From: Prasinococcaceae sp. CCMP 1430
Lineage: Eukaryota; Plantae; Prasinodermophyta
Direction of reading: 5' to 3'
NCBI GenBank assembly: GCA_013416795.1
Contig: RQSC01000032.1
Coordinates: 650,377 to 675,725, forward strand
DNA length: 25,349 nt
Shown here: positions 10,665 through 21,960 of the stretch, piece after piece
How positions within the stretch are numbered: position 1 is the stretch's first letter
Layout of the letters: the number at the start of each line of letters is the position of its first letter
Position numbers and translations under genes: made by a program
Notes under the pieces: generated by a model
Told to the model about the DNA's origin: nothing
Seen by the model: only the letters and a program-made list of their open reading frames with translations
Databases searched by the model: none

Positions 10665-11678
10665 TCAGGGCCTCTGCGCCTGCGCTCGCGCCAGCGCGTC
10701 CTGCGCCCGGGCGTAGCCCTCCGCCTGGCGCGCTTCCCTTGCCGACAGCGCTCGCGCCTCGCTCGCAGCACGCCCGCTGGGCCCCCTGTCGACTTTGCCG
10801 TATGCTGGCAGCGGCCGTCGGTCGCCGTGACCCCACTGCCGTCGCGCCAGGCGAGCATGCGCGTCGGGGAACAATTTCTCCCACGTTCGCGCCATGTGGG
10901 TTGGCAGCGGCGCCTCAGCCGACACGCGGGTGGCCCCCGAGGGGTCTGCCGGGTGCGGCACAGACAACGAACGGCAGTGGAGGTGGAGGCTCGCGGACTC
11001 ACCCCCAGCGGCGTCCGGCCAGGTCAGCGGCTTGTATGCTCGCCTCCGCCGCACCGGGTAGCGCCAGTCGCCTACGATGGGACACCCCAGATGTTCGGCC
11101 ATGTGGCGGCGCAGCTGGTGCTTGCGACCGGTCTCGAGCACGAGCTCAACCCACGCAGCGCTCGTGTCGACGACGCCCACGCCACCGTCACTTTCATTGC
11201 TGTCGACGGCAGTCGCATCGTTGGAAGCGCGAGCCGGGCGGGCAATTCCAGCGCCTCGGTTGACGTTCCTGGCGCCTCCGGCCCCATCACCGCTGCAGCC
11301 GCTACCGCCGCTGCCGTCGCCCAGACGCTTGGTGTGCGCGACCTCCACCACCCTGAAGCGCGAGGCCTCGAGCGCGCCACTCTCGCGACAGCGCGTGACG
11401 ATGCGACCCTCTGCACGCCGCGGCGGCGGCGCAACCAGTGCCCAGTACGTACACCGCGCCGCGCGTGCCGGCGCCGCATTGGATTCACCACCCTCTGCCC
11501 GCGCGGCAGCGCCGAGCACGGCTGCCGCGCTCCCGCAGCTGTCGTCCTCGAAGTCCAACGAAGCCGTCTCTCCTGCCTCCTCGGCGTCGCTGTTGTCGGC
11601 GGCGGCGGCGCGGGCAGCAAGCGCGCGTCTCAGGCGCAGGCACGAGGGGCGAGGGGCGAGGGAGGCGGGGCTCTTGGC
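10665..11678 (-). CDS. RluA/RluD-family pseudouridine-synthase-like protein with transit-peptide-like N-terminus; no in-frame ATG seen
   Basis: CTYWALV, LETGRKHQLRRHMA, PIVGDWRY, LHLHCRSLSVPHP match the C-terminal RluA-family motifs. Canonical HRLD motif absent. Confidence 0.8.
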   Translation of the reverse strand, partial: AKSPASLAPRPSCLRLRRALAARAAAADNSDAEEAGETASLDFEDDSCGSAAAVLGAAARAEGGESNAAPARAARCTYWALVAPPPRRAEGRIVTRCRESGALEASRFRVVEVAHTKRLGDGSGGSGCSGDGAGGARNVNRGAGIARPARASNDATAVDSNESDGGVGVVDTSAAWVELVLETGRKHQLRRHMAEHLGCPIVGDWRYPVRRRRAYKPLTWPDAAGGESASLHLHCRSLSVPHPADPSGATRVSAEAPLPTHMARTWEKLFPDAHARLARRQWGHGDRRPLPAYGKVDRGPSGRAASEARALSAREARQAEGYARAQDALARAQAQRP

Positions 11679-11679
11679 G

Positions 11680-12536
11680 ATGCCCCCCGTGCAGCTGCGG
11701 CGTTGGACACCGCGCGGGCCGCGCACCCACAGCCGCCCGATCGCAGTGCGCAGCGCGCGCGGCGGCGGGCGGCGACGGCGACGCCGGCGCTAACGGCCAA
11801 GACGCTCGCAACCCTCCCGACACGCGACCTGCTCCGCCTCGCCGGGGCCGCGTGCGCCGCATGGGCGGCAACCCTCGCGCTGCGCGAGCTTGTCGGCCCG
11901 CTCGGCGCGACTTTTTTCTGGCTCGTGCTTGGTGCAGCTGCGTTCATCGCGGCCGACGCAGACGCAGGCGCGGAAGCGGAAGCGACGGGTGTCGGCGGCA
12001 GCGACAGGCGCGTGAGGCTCGCAGAGGCGCCCGTCCGCCTCGCACCCTCGCTGCGTCCGGCGCTCGCACCGATGATTGGGCGCTGGGCGAAGGATTACGG
12101 CCGCTCGGACACGCTCGACGCCGCATGCGACCTGTGGCGAATCAACTTCGTTGTGCGCAACGCGATGAACCTCGTCCGAGGCCTCGAGCTGCGCGTGGAG
12201 CGCGGCGGCGGCGGCGAGGAGGCGGAGGAGGAGCAGCTCATCGTGCTGCTACCCAGCGTCGTCAAGTGGTTCAAAATCCGCGAGCACTACTCGCTCGACG
12301 GCAGCAGCGAGACGCGCAATCGCCGGCGCGACTTGCGGCGCGGCGGGGCGCGCAGCTCCGTGCGTGCGTGCCCGGGTGGCGCGGTGCGCATCACCAACGC
12401 CTGGGACGGGTCGCTCACCGGCAGTCTGGTGGACGAGCTCAGCTTGCGCGGGGAAGAGCTGGTGGTGACCTCGACCCTCACCATATGCGGGCAGAAGGTC
12501 GTGTTCAACACGACGTACACGCGCATAGAGGGCTGA
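11680..12536 (+). CDS. Hypothetical membrane-anchored protein with possible calycin/FABP-like domain; probable intron starting 11746
   Basis: Hydrophobic segment LVGPLGATFFWLVLGAAAFIAA, then MIGRWAKDYGRSDTLD (GxW) and beta-rich C-terminus; stop TGA 12534-12536. ATG 11680, donor GTGCGC 11746, branch GCTAAC 11789; both candidate acceptors (11801, 11888) are in frame. Fold assignment is inference. Confidence 0.6.
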
Positions 12537-12864
12537 CGGCCGGTTGTTGTACTCTTACGTGTATCATGTGAACACCGGCTCGGCGAGCGCCGCGCACCAC
12601 GTCCTCGCCCGCGCCGCCGCGCGCGCGGTCCCGCGTCGAGCCCCTGCGCTCGCCGCCGCCGCCCGCGCCTCTCCGCACGCCCGAGCCGTACACCTCGAGG
12701 CCGCCAGCGAAGGCCTCGACGCCCGCGCCGCCGCCCCTCCGTCCCCCCCTCTTGTACACACACACCGTCAGCTTCCTGAACAGGTTCCGCCCGACGCTCG
12801 CACACGCGCACCATCATCCGAGTTCGGACGGGCGCGCGGCGCCTCAAACGGAATCCATAGCTGA

Positions 12865-12914
12865 TTTGGAGCCCGGAGGGCTCCAAACACAGGTTGGAGC
12901 CCGGAGGGCTAACC
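12865..12914. promoter_or_regulatory. Tandem palindromic element upstream of RUVBL1 (17-nt direct repeat, each copy a GGA-loop hairpin)
   Basis: TTGGAGCCCGGAGGGCT at 12866-12882 and 12894-12910; first copy forms a perfect 10-bp stem TTTGGAGCCC/GGGCTCCAAA. Regulatory role is not shown. Confidence 0.45.
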
Positions 12915-13000
12915 CTTTTTTTTCACCTATTTCCCGCAGTGGGCGCCGGGGGCGCTCGGACGGCGCCGGCAGCGACGCGCGCGGCGGCGGCGCGCGCGNC

Positions 13001-14939
<1,939 letters not shown>

Positions 14940-15275
14940 CTGGCAAGGTCTCGCAAACCGAGCGCCAGCGGCAGCTTGTCGCGTGGGCAGGCAGAGATGC
15001 AGCTCCCCAGCGAGCTGGTATCTGGAGAGCAATGAAGCGGAGAGTTGTCGCCGCGCTGTGGTTGGAATCGACAAGGGCGCGCAACGACACGAGACAACGA
15101 AATGAGAGTCTCAGAAGCTTTCCCATGTAAAACCGAAGTTGACGTGAGAGCGCCCGTCGGCACACACCGCGCCCCTCAGACGCGTCAGTAGCGCAGGTGT
15201 GTACATCCATATCTTTACTTTGATGTGTAGTTTTTGTGTGGAATAGCAGAGATTCCTTCGGGCGACTTGGTTGGC

Positions 15276-16528
15276 TCACTTCTTGGAGAGCTCCTCCTCG
15301 ATCGCCTTCCACGCCACCGAGAACACCATGGACTGCATGATGTTGGTGAGGAGGCGCGTCTGCAGGCCGCGGCCGAAGAGCGCAAGAATGCCGTCCTTCT
15401 GGACGACCTGCTGCACGGCCCCGATGTACGACAGGCTGGCATCGGGCGAGGTCTGCTTGACGGTCTTGATGACGCGCAGCGAGTTGGACACGCAATCCGA
15501 CACGGCGGCGGCGCAGATGCCGATGCCGGCGTTGCGCACGAGCTTCATCTTGCCTTCAGCCTGAGGCACCGCCTCCTGCAGGGCGTTGAACTGTGTGTGC
15601 GCGTGGGGGAGGCGCGGGGCGGGCGCGCGCGCGACGAGCGTCAGGAGGAGTTCGCGAGTGGGTTTCCGCTCGCACGAGTGCGCGCATGCCCGCGCGCACG
15701 TACAGTCGCGAACCAGGGGTAGTTGCCCACCCAGTTGGCGGCGAAGCTAGCCGCGGCACCACTGTAGAGCACGCCGATGCCGCCCTTGGCCACCTTCTGG
15801 TTGAGCAGCTGCACCGCCTTAGCGCCCTGCACCTGCATCGTGGTCTTGTACGTGTCCACGGGCATGATGAAGATGCGCCACGTGGCGCCGCCCACCGATG
15901 CGAATGCTGTCTTGATGCCGATCGCTGCGCCAGGGAAGTACGCGTCGGCGATCGCAAGGATGCCCTGGTTGGCCGCGGTGTCGCCGAAGCGCGAGAGCGG
16001 GTTCTGCACGACGGCGAACTGCACGCCCTTGTAGAAGCGGCCGATACCGCCGAGCGTCGCCGCCATGCCCGACTTACCCGCCGCGCCCTCGGCGTACAGC
16101 GCCGAGAGTGCCGACGTCATGTTGCCGCCGTTCATGTACTGGTAGTTCATGGTCGTGCGCAGCCACATGAAGGTAAACACCTGGATGACGCCGGCGGCGA
16201 AGCCCGCCACGCCACCGCGGAAGGCCTTTTTTGACGCGGCCGCCATTACGGCGCCAAAGTCCACCTCCGGCTTCTCGGGTTCCGGCTCCGGCTCAGGCTC
16301 CTTCTTCTTCCTCGCAGCGATCTCGTCGATTGCCTGGTTCGCCGGCGCGCCGGTCGACACGAGAATGGCCTTGCGCATCGACCCCGACTTGCGTGCGCGG
16401 CGGCCGCGCACCTTCCGGACACCGAGCCGGCAGCACGGGGCGCAGAGCGAGGCGAGGGGGAACGCGAGGAGCGCGATCCGCCCGTGGCAAAGCATGCGTG
16501 CGACATGCGAGGCGCACGCGTGCGGCAT
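15276..16528 (-). CDS. Mitochondrial carrier family (SLC25) protein with N-terminal extension; exons 16528-15704 and 15590-15276
   Basis: MPVDTYKT signature (PxDxxK), RFYKGV, LYSGAAA, SNSLRVIKT, LFGRGL three-repeat pattern. Intron 15703-15591 is GTACGT...CCTGAC...CAG, phase 0. Start codon uncertain. Confidence 0.9.
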
Positions 16529-16653
16529 GGTGAGGGGTGGGCGATGGGGTCAGGTAGGATAAGCAGGCGCGACGCGCGGGGCGCGATGCTGCGTGGCGCG
16601 GCGCGGCGCCGACGCGCCACACTGCACTCAGCAGCAGCCTCCCTACAGTCACC

Positions 16654-17821
16654 ATGGCCGCCATCACCTCCTCCTTCATGGGCGCCGCCGTGCAGGCCTT
16701 CCGGCACGCGTTCCGCGTCCGGAGCTTCGTCGAGCGGCACGCGCGGCTGTAGATGGGCCACGCACGAGCGGCCGCGCGAGCGCTTGCGCGGGCGGGCATG
16801 TGAGCGCGGCGCGCACGAGTCGGGAAGGGGATGGGGGAGCGCGCAGGCGAGCGGCGGCGCTGCGGAGCGCGGCACGCGCGCGCAGCTGTCGCGGCCATCG
16901 CGGCTGGCGCCCGCCATTGGGCTGGGCTGCTAGAGCGCCACTCGGATGCGCGCCGGTGCAAGGCTTGGCGGCGCAATCGATGGCTGTGGCGCGCGGGCCC
17001 GCCAACGCCGCTCGCGCTCGCTCGCTGGTGCCACAGCCGCGATCGACGCGAGGCCCGACGGCCCCGACGGCGCGCATCGCCGCTTTTGCGCGTGGGACAC
17101 TCGGCCCGACCGTGACCGCGCGGCGTGCCTGGCACCGCCTCGCCGCTCCCCTCTCCGGCGTGCAAAAGTGTGCTGCAATCAATCGGGCGCTGACTCCCCC
17201 GCCCTCTTCCGCGCCCCCTCGCAGGAGTTCGGCACGTACCCGGGCGGCGGCGAGTCGCCGATCATGCCCTTCTCGGAGGAGAAGAACGCCGAGCGCGAGA
17301 TCATCCACGGCCGCTTCGCCATGCTCGGCGTGACCGGCGCGTGGGCCTCGGAGAACGGCACCGGCATCCCCTGGTTCGAGGCGGGCGCCCTGTGCACCCC
17401 CGACGACTGCACCGCCATCGCGGACAAGTTCCCGGGCGCCGTCGCGCCGCTGGCCCCGGAGGGCTCCGGCTACCCGTCGTTCGCGGCCGTGCTGGGCATT
17501 GAGATCGTCCTCATGGGCCTGGCCGAGGGCTACCGCACCGGCGTGGTGGACCCGGCGTTCGACGAGCTCACCGTCGGCGACGCCAACCCGGGCGGCCGCT
17601 TCGACCCCCTCAACCTGTCGGAGTCGAACGACCTCGAGGAGCTGAAGATCAAGGAGCTCAAGCACTGCCGCCTCGCCATGTTCGCGTGGAACGGCTGCAT
17701 CAACCAGGCCATCGTCACCAAGGAGGGCCCCATCGCCAACTGGTCCGCGCACGTCGCCGACCCCATCCACGAGAACATCATGGCGCCGGGCTTCTGCAAG
17801 GTGAAGTGGGACATGACGTAG
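16654..17821 (+). CDS. Lhcp: Prasinophyte-type light-harvesting chlorophyll-binding protein; exon 1 16654-16758 (16698 onward is written as complement), exon 2 17225-17821
   Basis: Exon 2: EFGTYPGGGESP, EREIIHGRFAMLG, LCTPDDC, KELKHCRLAM. Acceptor CAG 17222-17224 with branch GCTGAC 17189. Decoded exon 1 ends ...VRADIYP|GTGCGT, giving the ADIYPEFGTYPGG junction as I recall it from prasinophyte Lhcp. Confidence 0.95.
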
Positions 17822-18149
17822 GTGATTTACGGAGCGCGTGCCTCCCCGCCGCCGCTTGGATTCGACCACCGCGGCCGCGCCGCGCGTTTTTTGCCAGGGC
17901 GCCACTAGCAGCAGAGCAGTGACGGAATAACGCAGCTCCCTTGTTCTTTACACAACAGATGTGTGGGAGGCGGCCCGCCGTGGGTGGGGGGGGTGGGGGG
18001 CGCATGTGCTGCGCAGGCCGCGGCGGGCGCACGCGACGCGCGTGGGCGCGGGTGCGTGCGGAGGTGGGAGGGGTATCCGGCCCGTCCGCGCACACGAGCG
18101 GCGCGACCGGTCCTGCGACGCGCAACGCATTGGTAGCGAGGTGGCGCGC

Positions 18150-19056
18150 TCAGTCGCCGATGGCGACGCCGCCGCCTGCGCTCTGGGCCCTCTGCTGGCC
18201 CGCCATGGGCTCCTGCTCCGAGCGGTCGATGAGCACGCCGCCGCGCGTGACCTCCTTGCTGTCGTCCCTCCCACCGCCCGCGCTCTCGAGCATGTCGACC
18301 AGCCCGGGCGCGTCCTGCGCGCGCACACGGATTGGGTCGGCACGTGCGATGTCAGGGCGATGCAGCGCCGTGGGGCCGTCGCTGCGGGCGCCGCGCGCCG
18401 CGGAGGGCGCAGACGGGCGCCGCGCGTGCTGCGGGCGCCCGGCGAGGAGGTCACACGCGTCCGCGCGCCTCCCTGGCGTCGCGGCGCACGCACCACGTCC
18501 GAATATATGCACTCGATGGGCAGCATGCCCGCGTGCGTGCGCGCGTCCGCTGCCGCGCCCGCGCGCAGCAGCAGGGCGGCGGCGTCCTCGGCGTCCTCCC
18601 GGCACGCGAAGTGCAGCGGCGTGGAGCCGTCCACAGCAACCGCGTCCACGTCGGCGCCCGCGTCTATTAGCACCTGCACGATGGCGGCGTCGTCCGCCCC
18701 CGCCGCCCAGTGCAGCGGCGTCGCGGCCTGGGCGTCGCGGCTCGACGGCAGCGCGCCCGCCGCCAAGTGCTCCCTCACAGCGGCGGCATCCGACCGAACG
18801 ACGGCGGCCTGTGAGGGGGGAAGCGCGCGGGAGGCGTAGGGGGCAGGGGGGAGAGCGCTGAGGGAGGCCGAGGGGGTCATGAGGGGCGAGAGGANGGGCG
18901 CGTGCCGCTACCGGCGGTGGGCGCGCCTTCATCGACGCGCAGCGCGTCCCCGCGCTGCGTCGTGATGCCACCCTCCGCCCCGCCCCCCGCCTCGGCATCG
19001 TCGCCGTCGCTCCCGCCGCCGCCGTCGTCGCGGGGCGGTGCTCCCTCCTCGGGCAT
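18150..19056 (-). CDS. Ankyrin-repeat protein; exons 19056-(n18895), 18808-18494, 18314-18150
   Basis: ATPLHWAA and GSTPLHFAC ankyrin motifs; intron 18493-18315 is GTGCGT...CCTGAC...CAG, phase 0; candidate ATG at 19056 (MPEEGAPP...). Confidence 0.85.
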
Positions 19057-19096
19057 GGCCGCGAATTCGCCGCGCGCCGCCGCCGCGCGCCGCGCG

Positions 19097-20713
19097 CTAT
19101 TGCGCCGACCCGCCCGCCAGCCGCGAGGTCACCGCGTCCGCCTCGACGCGCAGGTCCCACACGGTGGCCTCGCCCTTGGACCCCGCGGCGGCCAGCAGGT
19201 GCGGCGAGTCGACGCAGAAGGCCACGCCGAACACGCCGCCGCAGCGCACGTCCTTCTCCGCGAGCGGCTGCGCCGCGCCGTCCGCGCCGCCGGAGACGTC
19301 CCACAGCCGCACGAGCGTGTCGGTCGAGCCCGTCGCGAGCAGCCCTCGCGCGCCCGGGTTGAAGGCCATGCAGCACTGCGGCTTCTTGGTGCGCGGCAGC
19401 GTGAGCAGGGGGGGCGAGCCGCCGCCGGCGCGCGCGTCGTAGACGCCGACGCTGCCGTCGTCGGCGCTCGCCGCGAATTTGGTCGGGTCGGCCGCGTCCC
19501 ACGCGATGGCCTCGACGTCCGAGCTGAGCGACCAGCGCAGCGCGGCGCGCGCCGGGTCGTCCACGCGCACGTCCAGCACGCACGCGGCGCCCTCGAAGCC
19601 CCCCGTCGCCAGCACCGCGCCCTCCGCGGGGTTCCACACCACGCTCTGCACCTTGTCCGAGTGGTGCTTGAGAGTGGTCTGGCACTTGCCCTCGACGACG
19701 TCCCACAGCTTGACGGTCTCGTCGGCGCTGCCCGAGGCGAGCACGTTGCGGAAGTGCGCGTTCCAGCTGAGCGACATGACCGCGTCGGCGTGCGAGCCCT
19801 TCTTGACCCCCTTGCCCAGCGTGCCCGCGGCCTTCTTCTTGGCCCTGGCCTTCTTGGTGAGCCGCCCGCCGAGCGTGCGCTCGGGCTCGACCTGGTCGAG
19901 CACGTCGAGGTTGAAGATCTCGATCTCGGGGTCGAAGGTGCCCGTGGCGACGAAGTTGCCGTAGGAGGCGTCCGCGCGCTGCAGCGGGTCGCAGTCCATC
20001 CACGCCAGGCACAGCGGGTAGCTCGGCAGCACCACGTCGTGGTGCACCAGCAGGTTGCCGCCCTCGGGGTCGCCCACGTCGGCCTCCTCGTACACGTAGG
20101 CGACCAGCGAGCTCATCTCCTCGTCCTGGCGCGTGGCCAGGATGAGCAGGTCCGAATCGCGCAGCGTGTACTCCTCGTCGCTGTCCTCGCCGCCGCCCTC
20201 CTCGCCGCCCTCCTCGCCGCCCTGCAGGAAGGGGTCCTCGGCGTTGGACGCGTAGTACATGCCGCCGATGTCCGTGCCCTCGCCGAAGAGCTTCTCGGTG
20301 AGCTCGGGATCCTCCTCGTCCGAGTACTCGTCCATGTTGAGCCCCTCGAGCAGCGCGTCGCTCTTGGAGGCCTTCTTCTTCCCGCCGCGCTCGCTCTGCT
20401 CGCGCCCCGCCGGCTGCTTGGCCGCGCGCCGCGCGCGGCGGTTGCCGCCCGCGGCCATCGCCTCGGCGGCCGCCTCGGCGGCCGCCACCGCCGCCGTCTC
20501 CATGTCCTCGTCGGAGCCCGGCGCGCCCTCGTCGTCGCTCGCCGACCCGAGGTCGTCGTCGTCGTCGCCGGCCTCGAGCGCCTCCATGTCGCCCGCGACG
20601 TCGGCGTCCGAGTCCGACCCGTCCGCGGCCCCCTCCGCCGCCCGCTCGACGTCGTCGCGCTCGGGCACGGCCGCCGGCGCGCCGCGCGGCACCCAGCACA
20701 GCGCGGAGATCAT
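19097..20713 (-). CDS. PWP1: Periodic tryptophan protein 1 (WD40, ribosome biogenesis), single exon, 538 aa
   Basis: MISALCWVPRG N-terminus, acidic tract, LLVHHDVVLPSYPLCLAWMD, GNFVATGTFDPEIEIFNLDV, HADAVMSLSWN, LASGSADETVKLWD, HSDKVQ. Confidence 0.94.
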   Translation of the reverse strand: MISALCWVPRGAPAAVPERDDVERAAEGAADGSDSDADVAGDMEALEAGDDDDDLGSASDDEGAPGSDEDMETAAVAAAEAAAEAMAAGGNRRARRAAKQPAGREQSERGGKKKASKSDALLEGLNMDEYSDEEDPELTEKLFGEGTDIGGMYYASNAEDPFLQGGEEGGEEGGGEDSDEEYTLRDSDLLILATRQDEEMSSLVAYVYEEADVGDPEGGNLLVHHDVVLPSYPLCLAWMDCDPLQRADASYGNFVATGTFDPEIEIFNLDVLDQVEPERTLGGRLTKKARAKKKAAGTLGKGVKKGSHADAVMSLSWNAHFRNVLASGSADETVKLWDVVEGKCQTTLKHHSDKVQSVVWNPAEGAVLATGGFEGAACVLDVRVDDPARAALRWSLSSDVEAIAWDAADPTKFAASADDGSVGVYDARAGGGSPPLLTLPRTKKPQCCMAFNPGARGLLATGSTDTLVRLWDVSGGADGAAQPLAEKDVRCGGVFGVAFCVDSPHLLAAAGSKGEATVWDLRVEADAVTSRLAGGSAQ

Positions 20714-20760
20714 GGCGCGAGCCCTCTCTCCGCTCGCTCGGCGCGGACAGAGGTGTCGGG

Positions 20761-20805
20761 GTGTGTGGGTGTGGGTGTGAGTGTGGGTTTGGGTGTGGGT
20801 GGGTG
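20761..20805. repeat. GT/GGGT-rich simple repeat upstream of PWP1, abutting a gap
   Basis: gtgtgtgggtgtgggtgtgagtgtgggtttgggtgtgggtgggtg. Confidence 0.85.
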
Positions 20806-21389
20806 NNNNNNNNNNNNNNNNNNNNNNNNNNNNNNNNNNNNNNNNNNNNNNNNNNNNNNNNNNNNNNNNNNNNNNNNNNNNNNNNNNNNNNNNNNNNNNN
20901 NNNNNNNNNNNNNNNNNNNNNNNNNNNNNNNNNNNNNNNNNNNNNNNNNNNNNNNNNNNNNNNNNNNNNNNNNNNNNNNNNNNNNNNNNNNNNNNNNNNN
21001 NNNNNNNNNNNNNNNNNNNNNNNNNNNNNNNNNNNNNNNNNNNNNNNNNNNNNNNNNNNNNNNNNNNNNNNNNNNNNNNNNNNNNNNNNNNNNNNNNNNN
21101 NNNNNNNNNNNNNNNNNNNNNNNNNNNNNNNNNNNNGCGCCGGCGGACCGCCTCCGCCGCCGCCGCGGGCGTCGTCGCCCGGGCGCCCCCGCGCCTCCCT
21201 CCGCGTCGTGCGGGTGGTGTGTGTCCGGTGCTCGTGGTCGCCGGTCTCTCTCTCTCTTCAGGCCGAGCGGCTCGCGGCTCTACGGTGGCAGCGAGATGAT
21301 GCCGCGCGGCCGTGTGGTGGGCTGGGGCTACAGGTGTCGTGCCACGGCTGTGTGTTGGGAGTGTGCGCGCGCGTCGCCGACGGGCCGCG

Positions 21390-21960
21390 TCAGAGCGACT
21401 CGAGCAGTTGCCGGTGGGCGACGGCGATGATGCTGTGTATGAGCTTGGTCTCGTCGTCGGGGACGGTCTGTGATGTGACGAAGTGGCGCTTGACGGCGGC
21501 GACGAGCTGGTCCCTGCTGGCGCCCGGCGCGACGTTGGCCACGCGGTACTGCCGCCTGTATCTCCGCAGCGCCTCCGGCCGCAGCTGTGTGAAGTCGAGC
21601 GCCGTCGCCGTCGCCGAGCTCCCGGCGCCCGCCGCGCCCGCCGGCGGCCTCTTGACGACCGGCAGCTTCTTGCCCGCGCGCGGCGCCGCGGGCTTGCGTT
21701 TGTGCGTGCGTTGCCGTTGCCGCGGCCGCGCGTCGAGGTCGCCGTCCGCCGCGCTCGCGGCGAACTCGGCGGCCTTCTTGGCGTCCGGCGGCGCGAGCAC
21801 GTGCAGCGCGTTTCGCTGTAGCCTGCACTGCATGCCGTTGTCCATCACCTGCGGCACGCGGGGCGGGCGGGTGGGTGGGTTGGTTGGTTGGTTGGAGCGG
21901 CGGCGGCGCCGACGCCCCGCCAGCGTCCGCCGACGCCCCGCCAGCGTCCGCAGTCGCCAT
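21390..21960 (-). CDS. SAP30-function-related (AFR1/2-like) Sin3/HDAC complex subunit; last exon 21848-21390, first exon start 21960-21894 apparently truncated
   Basis: VMDNGMQCRLQRNALHVL resembles the plant AFR motif VLTNGIEVKLQRNALSV. C-terminal LDFTQLRPEALRRY...DQLVAAVKRHF is a SAP30 Sin3-binding domain. Acceptor CAG at 21851-21849. Confidence 0.85.
21910..21951. repeat. 21-nt tandem duplication (x2) in the AFR-like first exon, encoding ADAGGAS twice
   Basis: cgacgccccgccagcgtccgc at 21910-21930 and 21931-21951. Confidence 0.9.

Noticed and set aside
11050-11061. 12-nt reverse-complement match (CTACCCGGTGCG) to the expected continuation of the truncated Lhcp exon, suggesting an inversion
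   Set aside because: It lies inside the continuous RluA motif region (GDWRYPVRR), so it is best explained as chance.
12505-12790. Short minus-strand ORFs between the calycin-like gene and RUVBL1
   Set aside because: Three frames are open with no motif, and I cannot choose a supported frame.
21137-21299. Possible terminal exon(s) of a plus-strand gene emerging from the 20806-21136 gap
   Set aside because: A pyrimidine tract and CAG are present, but the peptide is short, low-complexity and unidentifiable.
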